A stretch of 50,006 bases of DNA from NCBI GenBank assembly GCA_040397255.1, contig JBBAWJ010000003.1, positions 1 to 50,006 of the forward strand. The letters are read 5' to 3'. Every line of letters starts with the position of its first letter. Positions within the stretch are counted from its first letter, which is position 1. The notes beneath the pieces are model-generated. The model worked only from the letters and a program-made list of their open reading frames with translations. It was not told the DNA's origin and did no database searches. A program made the translations under genes and the position numbers. Positions 27,167-36,648 of this stretch are shown here, piece after piece. The DNA comes from Candidatus Limnocylindrus sp. GTDB taxonomy: Bacteria > Chloroflexota > Limnocylindria > Limnocylindrales > Limnocylindraceae.

Positions 27167-28833
27167 GCTGTAAGGCGCTGCAGATCACCAATGGAGAGCA
27201 CGACAAGATCGCCCTTGATCTCGACTGCACCCTGCGGATCTGACGACTGTGCGTCAGCCAGGCCGCGCCATGTGCCATACGAGCCCGCCAGGGGGCCACC
27301 GATCACAACGGTATCCACGTCGAGGCGCTCCCCTCCGCGACGCGTCGCCGAGGCGGTGAGGCCGGCGGGGTGCCGCTCAAGGCGAACGTCGCTGCCGTTC
27401 AGGGTCTGGAGCGCCTTCCCTAGCTCTGCAGCCCATTCATCGCTCTCGCGGCGCCCGCCGAGGATCAGAAGCCCAAATGGGGCGAGGGCGACACCGGCGG
27501 CAACGCGACGATCAATAGAGGCGCTGAGTGCCTCGCGCTCGCCATCACTCAGGCTGCCCACAACGAGACCTCGAATGCCGACCGACCGAGCTCGCAGCAC
27601 GGTCTCAGGGGAGGCCGAGACAACCGCCAGAACTCCCGCCCCGTGCGCCGCCGCCCACCCGCGGCTGTCTGGCTCTGTAGCCGAGAAGTAGAGGCTCCCC
27701 TCGACCTCGTCGCCAAGCAGAAGGCGCCCGCCGAGGCCACCCGTCGCGCTTGCGGATCGCGGTAGCAGCGCCAGTGGCGCCTCAATGGGGAGCACCTTTG
27801 CGGGCCTGACAGCCACGGGCGTGAGTGGGAGATCAACTAGTGGGGCACCACGCACAACAGCAACACCGGCGAGACCGCCGCGCAGCGAGGCCAGAACCTG
27901 GTGCCCATCAATCGCAACCTCAACGTCGACCAACTCCCCCGCCTGAAGGTCAAACTCCAGTGCTCCATCCGCGAACAGCGCATGCTCCTCCGCACCGGCT
28001 CGAACAAGCACCTCCTCGTCAGGGTGATCTGCGATAACCAGCAGATCGCCAGCGGGCACGAGTAGTTGATCCGCGGTGGCGCGAACCAGATCTGCTCCCG
28101 TCGTCTCGGTGAGCTGCTCAGTGCCGAGCGCCGCCAGTACCCCCGAAACATCGAGCAGCACCGTGGTGCGCCCAGGTGGAATCAGCGGCGAAAGTGCGGC
28201 GAGTGGCACGGCGCCTGAAGAGAGATACGCCGCAAGCTGACCCGTAGCAATGAACACCTCGCCGCTCATCAGATCACCTTGATCGCTCGACCGCCCCGTG
28301 ATCGACGCGATAGCATCAATACACGCGGCGGCGCGAGTCTGGTCGCCAATCTCATCACGCCCCGACATCGGCCGATCTGCGATGTCTCCGAGCCGGTCGG
28401 CAACGGCGGCGCGATCACGCTCACCAAGCGAACGCAACACTGCATCGCAACGGCGCCGACGCTCCGTCGCATCCGCAGGGACGAGTGCGGCCTCATCAAT
28501 CCGCAATAGCTCTCCTGCGTTTCCAGGGATGGCCCACGCGACTCTCCCAGCATCATGCGCAATATCGAGAATTCTCACGGGGACGCCGAACGCCTCTGCG
28601 CAGCGGCTCGCCGCACGGCCGAGGGAGCTCGGATCACCACGAAGTGAGGTAGAGATCGCACCGCCCTGCTCCGCTCCAGCGGCGCTCTGCAACGTCTTCT
28701 TTACCGCGCTGCTATCGGCCCCCGTGGGCAGCGTGATGCTACTGAGCAGCCGCGTAGGCTCCGCGTCAGACATCAGCGCATAAAAGCTGCGATCAAGATC
28801 CTCGCGAATCAAGAGATACGACGATCGCTTCAC
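27163..28833 (-). CDS. Hypothetical 556-aa protein, possibly an eroded fusion of a GlmL/MutL-like protein and its usual KOW-tailed partner
   Basis: GTGA overlaps at both ends support a real CDS; the family assignment rests only on short remembered motifs (see findings). Confidence 0.7.
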   Translation of the reverse strand: MKRSSYLLIREDLDRSFYALMSDAEPTRLLSSITLPTGADSSAVKKTLQSAAGAEQGGAISTSLRGDPSSLGRAASRCAEAFGVPVRILDIAHDAGRVAWAIPGNAGELLRIDEAALVPADATERRRRCDAVLRSLGERDRAAVADRLGDIADRPMSGRDEIGDQTRAAACIDAIASITGRSSDQGDLMSGEVFIATGQLAAYLSSGAVPLAALSPLIPPGRTTVLLDVSGVLAALGTEQLTETTGADLVRATADQLLVPAGDLLVIADHPDEEVLVRAGAEEHALFADGALEFDLQAGELVDVEVAIDGHQVLASLRGGLAGVAVVRGAPLVDLPLTPVAVRPAKVLPIEAPLALLPRSASATGGLGGRLLLGDEVEGSLYFSATEPDSRGWAAAHGAGVLAVVSASPETVLRARSVGIRGLVVGSLSDGEREALSASIDRRVAAGVALAPFGLLILGGRRESDEWAAELGKALQTLNGSDVRLERHPAGLTASATRRGGERLDVDTVVIGGPLAGSYGTWRGLADAQSSDPQGAVEIKGDLVVLSIGDLQRLTA

Positions 28834-30041
28834 TTCTGGTTCACGTAGTGATACCCGCGCAGGTCGCGCAGCGCCACCGGTTCGCCGCTCACCGTGTACA
28901 CCCGCGCAAGTCGGCTGGTGAAGCTCGTTGAGACCTCATTGGTAATCGTTTTTCGGCGTTTCGCGACGTCGACGGGCTCAATCAGATCAGCACCAGAGTC
29001 ACCGATAAAAACCGCCTCATCGGCTTCGGTCAGGTCTGTGGCCGGGTGATCTGTGGCATCAATGGTGATGGAGTCCATCGCAATCGTGCCAACAACTGGC
29101 AGGCGCACGCCGCGTACCAACACCTCGGCGACTCCCCGTTCGTGATACGAGATGCCATCCGCGTAGCCGATCGGCAGGGTGATGATCCTTGATACGCGCT
29201 GTGTGGTGAATGCTGGCCCGTACCCCACGCCATGACCGACGGGGAGTGTCGCGATGCGCACAGGCCGTGCGGCGAGTCCATATACCCGTTCAATGCCGAT
29301 CGTTGCAGCGGTCATCGTCGGTCGCAGCGCGTTCGGCACAACGCCGAAGAGCGCAATGCCAACGCGCGCAACCTGCTGCGTCTCTCCCATGGTGAGCAGC
29401 CCTCCCGACCCGACGAGGTGCGCTTCGAGCTCGGGGGCCTGGGCTGCAGCCTGCTCGAGTACCTCCTCTTGCAGTCGTGATCGATCAACGTTCTCAGCTG
29501 CGCTGAGATGGCTCCAGATGCTCCGCAGCAGAATGTTCGGGTTACTGCGCAGCGCAGCGAGCTGGTTGGCGAGATCGCTTGGCAGGATGCCGTCGCGGCC
29601 GAGCCCAGTATCCACTTCGATATCCACGCTCAGCGGGGAGAGCCCAGCCAGATCGGCACTCATCAGCTCGCGAACCACTGCTGGCGACGATGCGGTAATG
29701 CCAATGCCTGTAGCGGCGGCGTCGCGCAGGTGCGCAGGCGCCACACGCCAGAGGACCCGGACGGGGCTAGTGATTCCGGCGTCGCGCAACTCTTGCGCCT
29801 CATCAAAGGTGGCGACAAGAACGGCTCGCGCGCCAGCGTCGAGTGCGGCACGCGCGACGGGCACGGCGCCCAGGCCGTAGGCGTCGGCCTTCAACACCAC
29901 GTCGAGGTGGCCGCCAGTCGGGAGCTTCCCCTTGAGCGCGCGAACATTCGTTGCGATCGCGTCGAGCCGCACCTCTACCCAGGCATCACGCCCGAGCGCA
30001 GGCAGGCCAACCTTCTGGATACGTTCGGGGAGCCCGCTCAT
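28830..30041 (-). CDS. alr: Alanine racemase
   Basis: VVLKADAYGLG (PLP Lys), DTGLGRDG, VGYG (catalytic Tyr), PIGYADG and AMD motifs. Confidence 0.92.
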   Translation of the reverse strand: MSGLPERIQKVGLPALGRDAWVEVRLDAIATNVRALKGKLPTGGHLDVVLKADAYGLGAVPVARAALDAGARAVLVATFDEAQELRDAGITSPVRVLWRVAPAHLRDAAATGIGITASSPAVVRELMSADLAGLSPLSVDIEVDTGLGRDGILPSDLANQLAALRSNPNILLRSIWSHLSAAENVDRSRLQEEVLEQAAAQAPELEAHLVGSGGLLTMGETQQVARVGIALFGVVPNALRPTMTAATIGIERVYGLAARPVRIATLPVGHGVGYGPAFTTQRVSRIITLPIGYADGISYHERGVAEVLVRGVRLPVVGTIAMDSITIDATDHPATDLTEADEAVFIGDSGADLIEPVDVAKRRKTITNEVSTSFTSRLARVYTVSGEPVALRDLRGYHYVNQK

Positions 30042-30580
30042 CCTTGGGCCTTCCCAGCCGGCTCCGCCAACAGGGCCAGCTCCTCGCGCCGAAGTGCCTT
30101 GATGCGCTCGATCCGTGCCAGGAGTGCCGTCTCGGCCGCATCGAGGTCTGCGCCAATCTGCGGCGGGAAGAGGTAGCGCCCGCCAGCCGTACGCACGGCA
30201 TAGGCGATCGCGATCGCATACTCGCGCTCGTGACTAATGGAGAGTGCGATGTGCTGGATACCGAGCTGCGTCGCCCGTGCCGCGGCGCGATCGTGGAGAC
30301 GAACGGAGGGCTGCCCAGTTGGCAGGCGCTCCACCTCGATCTCCTGCCAGCCGATGCCACGCACGCCGAGGCCGAGCACCTTTGAGACAGCCTCCTTTGC
30401 GGCCCAGCGTCCAGCCATTGTCTCGGGGCGACCACGAACGTATGAGCGCTCTGCGACGGTCAGCACTCGGAGCTCAAACCGTTCTGGATGACGGCGCAAG
30501 ACGTTTGCAATTCGGTCCACGCGAATGATGTCAATGCCGATCTCCGGCGTGCTCGTGGAGTGCTCTCCCCCGTCCATCAC
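30038..30580 (-). CDS. acpS: Holo-ACP synthase with a C-terminal extension
   Basis: IGIDII, AGRWAAKEAVSKVLG and LSISHE motifs. Confidence 0.93.
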   Translation of the reverse strand: MMDGGEHSTSTPEIGIDIIRVDRIANVLRRHPERFELRVLTVAERSYVRGRPETMAGRWAAKEAVSKVLGLGVRGIGWQEIEVERLPTGQPSVRLHDRAAARATQLGIQHIALSISHEREYAIAIAYAVRTAGGRYLFPPQIGADLDAAETALLARIERIKALRREELALLAEPAGKAQG

Positions 30581-32400
30581 TCGACGGTGACGGACTTCGC
30601 AAGATTCTTCGGTTGATCAATATCGGCACCGGCAAGGAGCGCCATCTCATAGGAGAAGCGCTGCAGCGGGATTGTTGCGATCAGTGCGGCGATCTCAGGC
30701 CGTGCGGCGGGGATCACGATTGCATCGGTAGCGAAGCTAGACCAATCATCGACGCCAGAGAGGATCGCGATCACTGGCGCCGAGCGCGCACGTGACTCCA
30801 TCAGGTTGCTCACCAACTTTGGCAGGACTGGCGAGTTCAGCACTACCGCCACCACAGGGTGATCGGCACCGAGAAGGCTGATCGGGCCGTGCTTCATCTC
30901 ACCGGCGACGATCCCCTCCGCGTGAATATACGCGAGCTCTTTCAGCTTCAGCGCTCCTTCGAACGCAGTCGCAAGTCCGGCGCCGCGGCTGACGAACATG
31001 AAGCCACTTGCGCTGAAGTACTTCTTCGCAATTCCCGGAAGTGCGTCTGACGCATCAAGTGCAGCCGAAGCCATTGCGGGGATCGTAAGCAACTCGGTCG
31101 ACCAAGATCGCAGATCCTCTGCCGTAAGCGCGCCAGCGCGGCGCGCAAGGTCGAGCGTAACGAGCAACGAGACGAGCGCCTGCGAGGTGTAGCTCTTCGT
31201 TGCGGCAACCGAAATCTCTGTGCCGGCTTGGAGTAGAACTACTGCATCGGCTTCGCGCGTCAGCGAGGAGCCCGCTGCGTTCACGATCGCAAGCACCGTC
31301 GCACCAGCAGCTTTCGCGGTTCGCACGGCACCGAGCGTGTCGGCAGTCTCACCTGACTGCGAGACAGCAATGACCAAGCTGGTCGGGCCGAGTGCCGGCG
31401 GGTCGTAGCGGAACTCACTCGCAACAGTCACCCTCACTGGTACACGCAATAAACGCTCAGCGAGCGTGGCCGCCGTGAGCGATGCGTAGTATGCCGATCC
31501 GCAGGCGACGATCTCAAGAGACCGCGCTGCGGCAAGCGCGGGTGCGATCGCATCAAGCTCACTGATTGCCACCCCATCAACCGAAACTCGTCCGAGCATG
31601 GCGGCAGAGAGGGCACGTGGCTGCTCATCCATCTCCTTGCGCATGAAGTGGTCGTACCCCTCTTTGCGCGCCGCAGCACCATCCCAGGTAATCGTCTCAA
31701 TCTTTGGGGCGAACTTCACACCTGCTGCGTCGTAGAGGGTGATTCCGCCGCGCTGCAGGTCGGCGAGGTCGCCATCGCGCAAGAAGATAATCTTGTTGGT
31801 GTGCTCAAGGATGGCGACAGGATCGGAGGCAAGGAACTGCTCCCCTTCACCGAGCCCCACGGCAAGCGGCGCCTCACGACGTGCAGCGATGATCCGACCT
31901 GGCTCGCCTCGGTGCATCACCACGAGCGCCCACTGCCCGCGCAGTTGGGGGAGGATGGCCGCAACTGCAAGGCGAATATTGCCCTGGTAGGCGTCTTCAA
32001 TCAGGTGGGCGATCACCTCGGTGTCGACGTCGCTCGAAAGGGTGTGCCCCTTCCCCGCCAGTTCCCGCTGCAGCTCGGCGTAGTTCTCAATGATCCCGTT
32101 GTGAATGATGGCGATCTCGCCGTGCTCATCCATGTGGGGGTGGGCGTTCAGGTCAGTTGGCGCACCATGGGTGGCCCAACGCGTGTGGGCAATCCCGGCG
32201 ATGGAACCGGTTGGTAGTTCGCCAAGGACACCTTTGAGGTTGGCGAGGCGGCCCGCACGCTTGCGCATGGAGATCTCGCCCCCGGTGGCCGCGACGGCGA
32301 TCCCTGCGGAGTCGTAGCCGCGGTATTCAAGAAGGCGCAGCCCCTCAATCAACGTCGTCGAGACGTCGCGTGAGCCGATGTAACCGACGATCCCGCACAT
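30577..32400 (-). CDS. glmS: Glutamine-fructose-6-phosphate aminotransferase
   Basis: MCGIVG, EYRGYDSAG, HTRWATHG, SQSGETADT, EGALKLKE and PKNLAKSVTVE motifs. Confidence 0.97.
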   Translation of the reverse strand: MCGIVGYIGSRDVSTTLIEGLRLLEYRGYDSAGIAVAATGGEISMRKRAGRLANLKGVLGELPTGSIAGIAHTRWATHGAPTDLNAHPHMDEHGEIAIIHNGIIENYAELQRELAGKGHTLSSDVDTEVIAHLIEDAYQGNIRLAVAAILPQLRGQWALVVMHRGEPGRIIAARREAPLAVGLGEGEQFLASDPVAILEHTNKIIFLRDGDLADLQRGGITLYDAAGVKFAPKIETITWDGAAARKEGYDHFMRKEMDEQPRALSAAMLGRVSVDGVAISELDAIAPALAAARSLEIVACGSAYYASLTAATLAERLLRVPVRVTVASEFRYDPPALGPTSLVIAVSQSGETADTLGAVRTAKAAGATVLAIVNAAGSSLTREADAVVLLQAGTEISVAATKSYTSQALVSLLVTLDLARRAGALTAEDLRSWSTELLTIPAMASAALDASDALPGIAKKYFSASGFMFVSRGAGLATAFEGALKLKELAYIHAEGIVAGEMKHGPISLLGADHPVVAVVLNSPVLPKLVSNLMESRARSAPVIAILSGVDDWSSFATDAIVIPAARPEIAALIATIPLQRFSYEMALLAGADIDQPKNLAKSVTVE

Positions 32401-32417
32401 GGCGGTAGTCTACCGCC
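32401..32417. promoter_or_regulatory. Perfect 17-bp palindrome containing a leaderless -10 element (TAGACT) for glmS
   Basis: GGCGGTAG-T-CTACCGCC; TAGACT (-) lies 6 nt before the glmS ATG. Confidence 0.55.
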
Positions 32418-33756
32418 CGCGTACGAGGCTCGCGGCAACCTCCAGCAGGTGCTCAACGGCGGCCGTGACCGCTGCGCGATCAGGGCCCTCGCCCATCACT
32501 CGGAGCAGGGGCTCGGTTCCAGAGAGGCGCACAAGGAGGCGCCCGCCTGTCTGTGCGAGGGCCGCCTCAGCCTGGCGAATGGCGTTCTGGAGGTCAGGCT
32601 CCGCGAGCAGTCGCTCCCCCTCACCTGGAGGCACTGGCACCGTTCGCTGCAGTTGCGGGTCGAGGGGGACCGCATCAGCCATCTCGCCCACGGGGATCCC
32701 CGCGCGGGCAACGAGCCCGAGCACGGTGATCGCACTGAGGAGCCCGTCACCGGTCGGTGAGAGCTCCGTGAAGAGGAGGTGGCCACTCTTCTCGCCACCG
32801 AAGCCGCCCTGGCCGGCGGCGAGCCGGTCAGCAATGTGTCGGTCGCCGACGGGGGTGCGCTCCAAGGTGATCCCGTGGGCAGCAAGGTGACGCTCCACGC
32901 CGCTGTTGGTCAGCACCGTTGCAACGGCGCGCTCAGACCCGGCGACTCCCCGCCCCTTCCGATCCAGGGCGATGAGGGCAATCAAGACGTCACCATCAAT
33001 GGCTCGCCCGCCAGCATCCACAACAACGCAGCGATCAGCGTCGCCGTCGAGCGCGATGCCGAGGTCGGCGCCGTGCGCGCGCACCTGCTCGCCGAGTGCG
33101 GCGGGGTCGGTGGCACCTACGCCGTCATTGATAATGCCGTCCCCCATGGCGAAGGGCAGGACCGTGGCACCCGTGGCGGCGAGCGCCGCGACGGCGAATG
33201 GTGAGGCCGCGCCATGTGCCGCATCAACCACCACGCTCAGCGCGCTGGCACTCACAGAGTGCGCAAGCTCCGCCAGGGTTCGCTCATATCGCTCTCGATA
33301 CGCCTGGGCCTCGGCTGCGTGCGATGCCGATGGCGCGACCACCGACAGCCCCCCCGCGAGGGCACGCTCCATTGCCGCCTCAAGCGCTCGCTCCTGTGCG
33401 TCAGGAATCTTTCGCCCATCACGGGCGAGCACCTTCAAGCCGTTGTACTCGACGGGGTTGTGCGAAGCGGTCACCACCACGCCGCAGGCGGCGCGTGGCT
33501 CACCCGCAACAAGTGAGGCGAGTCCAGGCGTCGGGATAACGCCAACATCGATGACGGTGCCGCCGTGCGACTCAATGGCACCTGCGAGCGCGGCGGAGAG
33601 CTCGGGGCCGCTCGGACGCGTGTCGCGCCCAAGAAGCACAAGCCCCGCCGGATGTTGTTGCATCAGGGCGACGCCGAGTGCGGCGGCTATCTCAACGGTA
33701 AGTGTCTCGCCAGCGATCCCGCGGATCCCATCGGTGCCGAAGCGAACCGTGGTCAC
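32410..33756 (-). CDS. glmM: Phosphoglucosamine mutase
   Basis: FGTDGIRG, TASHNP, DGDADR, GGEKSGH and RLSGTEPLLRVM motifs. Confidence 0.95.
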   Translation of the reverse strand: MTTVRFGTDGIRGIAGETLTVEIAAALGVALMQQHPAGLVLLGRDTRPSGPELSAALAGAIESHGGTVIDVGVIPTPGLASLVAGEPRAACGVVVTASHNPVEYNGLKVLARDGRKIPDAQERALEAAMERALAGGLSVVAPSASHAAEAQAYRERYERTLAELAHSVSASALSVVVDAAHGAASPFAVAALAATGATVLPFAMGDGIINDGVGATDPAALGEQVRAHGADLGIALDGDADRCVVVDAGGRAIDGDVLIALIALDRKGRGVAGSERAVATVLTNSGVERHLAAHGITLERTPVGDRHIADRLAAGQGGFGGEKSGHLLFTELSPTGDGLLSAITVLGLVARAGIPVGEMADAVPLDPQLQRTVPVPPGEGERLLAEPDLQNAIRQAEAALAQTGGRLLVRLSGTEPLLRVMGEGPDRAAVTAAVEHLLEVAASLVRGR

Positions 33757-33774
33757 GGGCGTCCTTGCGCTAGA

Positions 33775-34194
33775 TCAGCGCTTGGTGAACTGCTTCGCCT
33801 TGCGTGCGCGGACGAGACCGTACTTCTTGCGCTCCTTGGCGCGCGGGTCGCGCGTCAGGAATCCAGCTTGGCGGAGTGGTAGTCGGTACGCCTCTGGATC
33901 AGCGGAGAGGAGTGCGCGTGAGATGCCGTGGCGAATTGCGCCTGCCTGGCCAGAGATGCCGCCGCCCTCAACCTTCACCATCGCATTGAAGCGACCCTCG
34001 GTGCCAGTGACTCGGTATGGCGCGAATACTTCAGACTGCGGAATGGCGCCGCCGAAGTGCTGCTCGTAGGTGCGTCCATTGATGACGATCTGGCCCTCAC
34101 CAGCAACGAGGCGAACGCGTGCAACAGAGGTCTTGCGTCGACCGGTTCCCTGGTAATACGGCAGACTGGCCACGCTCTTCTCCTTCGGGCTCAC
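33775..34194 (-). CDS. rpsI: 30S ribosomal protein S9
   Basis: [22 protein letters not shown] and ERKKYG..KQFTKR. Confidence 0.97.
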   Translation of the reverse strand: MSPKEKSVASLPYYQGTGRRKTSVARVRLVAGEGQIVINGRTYEQHFGGAIPQSEVFAPYRVTGTEGRFNAMVKVEGGGISGQAGAIRHGISRALLSADPEAYRLPLRQAGFLTRDPRAKERKKYGLVRARKAKQFTKR

Positions 34195-34622
34195 GCGAGG
34201 GGCTCCGGCTTCTGTGGAGCGTGCGGATGATCCGCATCGGCATAGACCTTCAACTTACGAATCTGTGCATTGCCAAGCTTCGTCTTTGGGAGCATCCCCT
34301 TAACGGCTCGGCGAATCGCCTCGTTCGGCTTGCGCTTCAGCAGGTCGCCGAGGACCTCCATGCGGTAACCGCCTGGCTGCCCAGAGTGCGAGTGGTACTT
34401 CTTCGAAAGGAGTCGGTCGCCGGTCACAACCAGCTTCGCGGAGTTGATCACGATCACGAAGTCGCCCGAATCGAGGTGGTCAGCGAAAGTTGGCTTCCCC
34501 TTCCCCATCAGCGTTGAGGCCACCTTCGTCGCGAGTCGGCCTAGGGTCTGACCCTCGGCATCGATCACGAACCAGCGGCGCTCGATTTCAGCGGCGCGAG
34601 GTGTCCAGGTCTTCGTGTTCAT
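34191..34622 (-). CDS. rplM: 50S ribosomal protein L13
   Basis: [23 protein letters not shown] and AVKGMLPK. Confidence 0.97.
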   Translation of the reverse strand: MNTKTWTPRAAEIERRWFVIDAEGQTLGRLATKVASTLMGKGKPTFADHLDSGDFVIVINSAKLVVTGDRLLSKKYHSHSGQPGGYRMEVLGDLLKRKPNEAIRRAVKGMLPKTKLGNAQIRKLKVYADADHPHAPQKPEPLA

Positions 34623-34631
34623 CTGATCCTC

Positions 34632-34988
34632 CTAGATCAATTCAAGCTGCACAAGCGGCGCCGAGTCACCCTGGCGGATGCCAATCTTGGTGATGCGGCA
34701 GTAGCCTGACTTGCGGTTCGCATACTTCGGCACGATCTCATCAAAGAGCTTCTCAACTACGAGCGGCTCTTCCGGGAGGGCTGCAATCACTGCGCGTCGG
34801 GCCGAGAGGCCACCCTTCTTGGCGAGCGTAATGATCTGCTCAACCTGCGGACGAATCTCCTTGGCCTTGGCCTCAGTCGTCTGGATACGCTCGTAGCGCA
34901 ACACGGAAACAATTAGGTTCTTATACAACGCGAGGCGCGGCCCCTGCTTGCGGGAGAGCTTACGTCCGCCAATCGCGTGCGAGGTCAT
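34632..34988 (-). CDS. rplQ: 50S ribosomal protein L17
   Basis: RIQTTEAKAKE and GYCRITKIGIRQGDSAP. Confidence 0.96.
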   Translation of the reverse strand: MTSHAIGGRKLSRKQGPRLALYKNLIVSVLRYERIQTTEAKAKEIRPQVEQIITLAKKGGLSARRAVIAALPEEPLVVEKLFDEIVPKYANRKSGYCRITKIGIRQGDSAPLVQLELI

Positions 34989-35995
34989 TAGGCCTTCTCC
35001 TCGTCGTCGGCGTCGCTCTCATCCTCGTCGAAGATGGCGTCAGCAGGGATGCTGCTCTCAGGCACATCGAAGCCGCGCTCGACGAGCTTCTCGCGAACCT
35101 CGTTGAGGCTCTTCTGGCCAAAGTTGCGCAACTTGAGGAGCTCCATCTCTCCACCATCAAGGGCGGTGAGGAGCTGGCGGACCTTGAGGATACCGGCGCG
35201 CTTCAGAGCGTTATAGGCGCGCATCGGCAGATCAAGATCCTCAATTGAAACGTCAAGAAGGTTGCCGCCAGCCTCTGCCGCTGGCACAGCCGCCGGGACC
35301 TCGCCGAGGCCGGAGAAGGCGGTGAACTGGCTGACGAGGATTGCCGCAGCCTTGCGGACAGCAGCCTCTGGCGTAATCGTGCCGTCGGTCTCGATCTCAA
35401 GGATGAGCTTCTCGCGGTCGACATCCTGGCCGACGCGCGTGTTCTCAACCGTGAAGTTGACCTTGCGGACTGGGGTGAAGATGGCGTCGACGCTCATCAC
35501 GCCACGTGGTCGTACCTCGCCCTCAGGGTCCGCATCAACGCGGTCTGAGGAAACGTAGCCAACGCCGGTCTCAACGACGAGGGTGGCCTCAATGGACGCC
35601 TTGTCGGAGTCGAGCGTTGCAAGAACCAACTCTGGATTGACGATCTCAATCTGGCCGTTCGGCTTGATGTCGCCAGCGGTGACCGGGCCTGCCCCCTTCT
35701 TCGAAAGGGTGAGCTCGATGCGCTCCTTCGCAAAGCTGCGAAGGCGAATCTTCTTAACGTTGAGGAGAATCTGCACGACGTCTTCACGGACGCCTGGCAG
35801 CGAGGAGAACTCCTGCATGACTCCGTCGATCTGCACGGCGGTGACTGCGGCACCCTCCAGCGATCCGAGGAGGACGCGGCGCAGCGCGTTGCCGAGGGTG
35901 ACGCCGTAGCCTGGCGCGAATGGGCCAGCCTCGTACTTGCCGTACGAGCCGAGCTCCTCGAGCGGGGCGATCTTGGTGGTCAGTGCATCGGACAT
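34988..35995 (-). CDS. rpoA: RNA polymerase alpha subunit
   Basis: GYGVTLGNALRRVLL, DAIFTPV..RVG, RAYNALKR and NFGQKSL. Confidence 0.97.
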   Translation of the reverse strand: MSDALTTKIAPLEELGSYGKYEAGPFAPGYGVTLGNALRRVLLGSLEGAAVTAVQIDGVMQEFSSLPGVREDVVQILLNVKKIRLRSFAKERIELTLSKKGAGPVTAGDIKPNGQIEIVNPELVLATLDSDKASIEATLVVETGVGYVSSDRVDADPEGEVRPRGVMSVDAIFTPVRKVNFTVENTRVGQDVDREKLILEIETDGTITPEAAVRKAAAILVSQFTAFSGLGEVPAAVPAAEAGGNLLDVSIEDLDLPMRAYNALKRAGILKVRQLLTALDGGEMELLKLRNFGQKSLNEVREKLVERGFDVPESSIPADAIFDEDESDADDEEKA

Positions 35996-36009
35996 ATTCT
36001 CTCTCCCTC

Positions 36010-36636
36010 TTACCGCGAGTAGAACTCGACGACGAGTTGTTCATTGAAGTCGCCCGGCATCTGATCGCGCCGCGGAGCAGCGACCACCGTACCGGTCAAC
36101 TTTGTGGCATCCACGCGGAGCCACTCCTGAATGCCATTGCCTGAAAGGGAGCCTGCGGCTTCCTTGAATGGCCCGATGTCGGCTCGCCCCTCGCGGACCG
36201 AGATGACATCGCCTGGCTTCAGTGAGTACGACGGAATGTTTACCGCCTGACCATTGATGGAGAGGTGGCCGTGGGTGATCAACTGGCGTGCCTGGTCTCG
36301 CGAGCTGGCGAGTCCGAGTCGGTAGACGACGTTGTCGAATCGCAGCTCAAGGAGGCGGAGCAGGTTCTCGCCTGTCACGTCGGTGCCACGCTCAGCGGCC
36401 TCAAAGAGGCGGCGGAACTGGGTCTCTCCAATGCGATAGACGCGGCGCATCTTCTGCTTCTCGCGCAGCTGCAGGCCGTAGTCGCCAACCTTGCGGCGGC
36501 GCATCATGTGCATGCCTGGAGGGGTCGGGCGCTTCTCGAACGAGCACTTCTTCGTATAGCAGCGCGCACCCTTCAAGAAGAGCTTCGCGCCCTCTCGACG
36601 GCACTGGCGGCAGACTGGTCCGGTATCTCGACCCAT
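36010..36636 (-). CDS. rpsD: 30S ribosomal protein S4 (Cys/Zn type)
   Basis: CRQCRREG, YGLQLREKQK, LELRFDNVVYRLG and VEFYSR. Confidence 0.97.
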   Translation of the reverse strand: MGRDTGPVCRQCRREGAKLFLKGARCYTKKCSFEKRPTPPGMHMMRRRKVGDYGLQLREKQKMRRVYRIGETQFRRLFEAAERGTDVTGENLLRLLELRFDNVVYRLGLASSRDQARQLITHGHLSINGQAVNIPSYSLKPGDVISVREGRADIGPFKEAAGSLSGNGIQEWLRVDATKLTGTVVAAPRRDQMPGDFNEQLVVEFYSR

Positions 36637-36648
36637 GCTGCTACTCCC

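Noticed and set aside
32401-32409. glmS ribozyme
   Set aside because: Only 9 nt separate glmM and glmS; no room and no consensus sequence
32906-34069. 387-aa plus-strand ORF, and many similar ones (3779-4615, 8727-9533, 14213-15028, 48046-49047)
   Set aside because: Antisense or alternate-frame shadows of well-supported genes, expected at high GC; Ala/Ser/Arg/Pro-rich with no motifs
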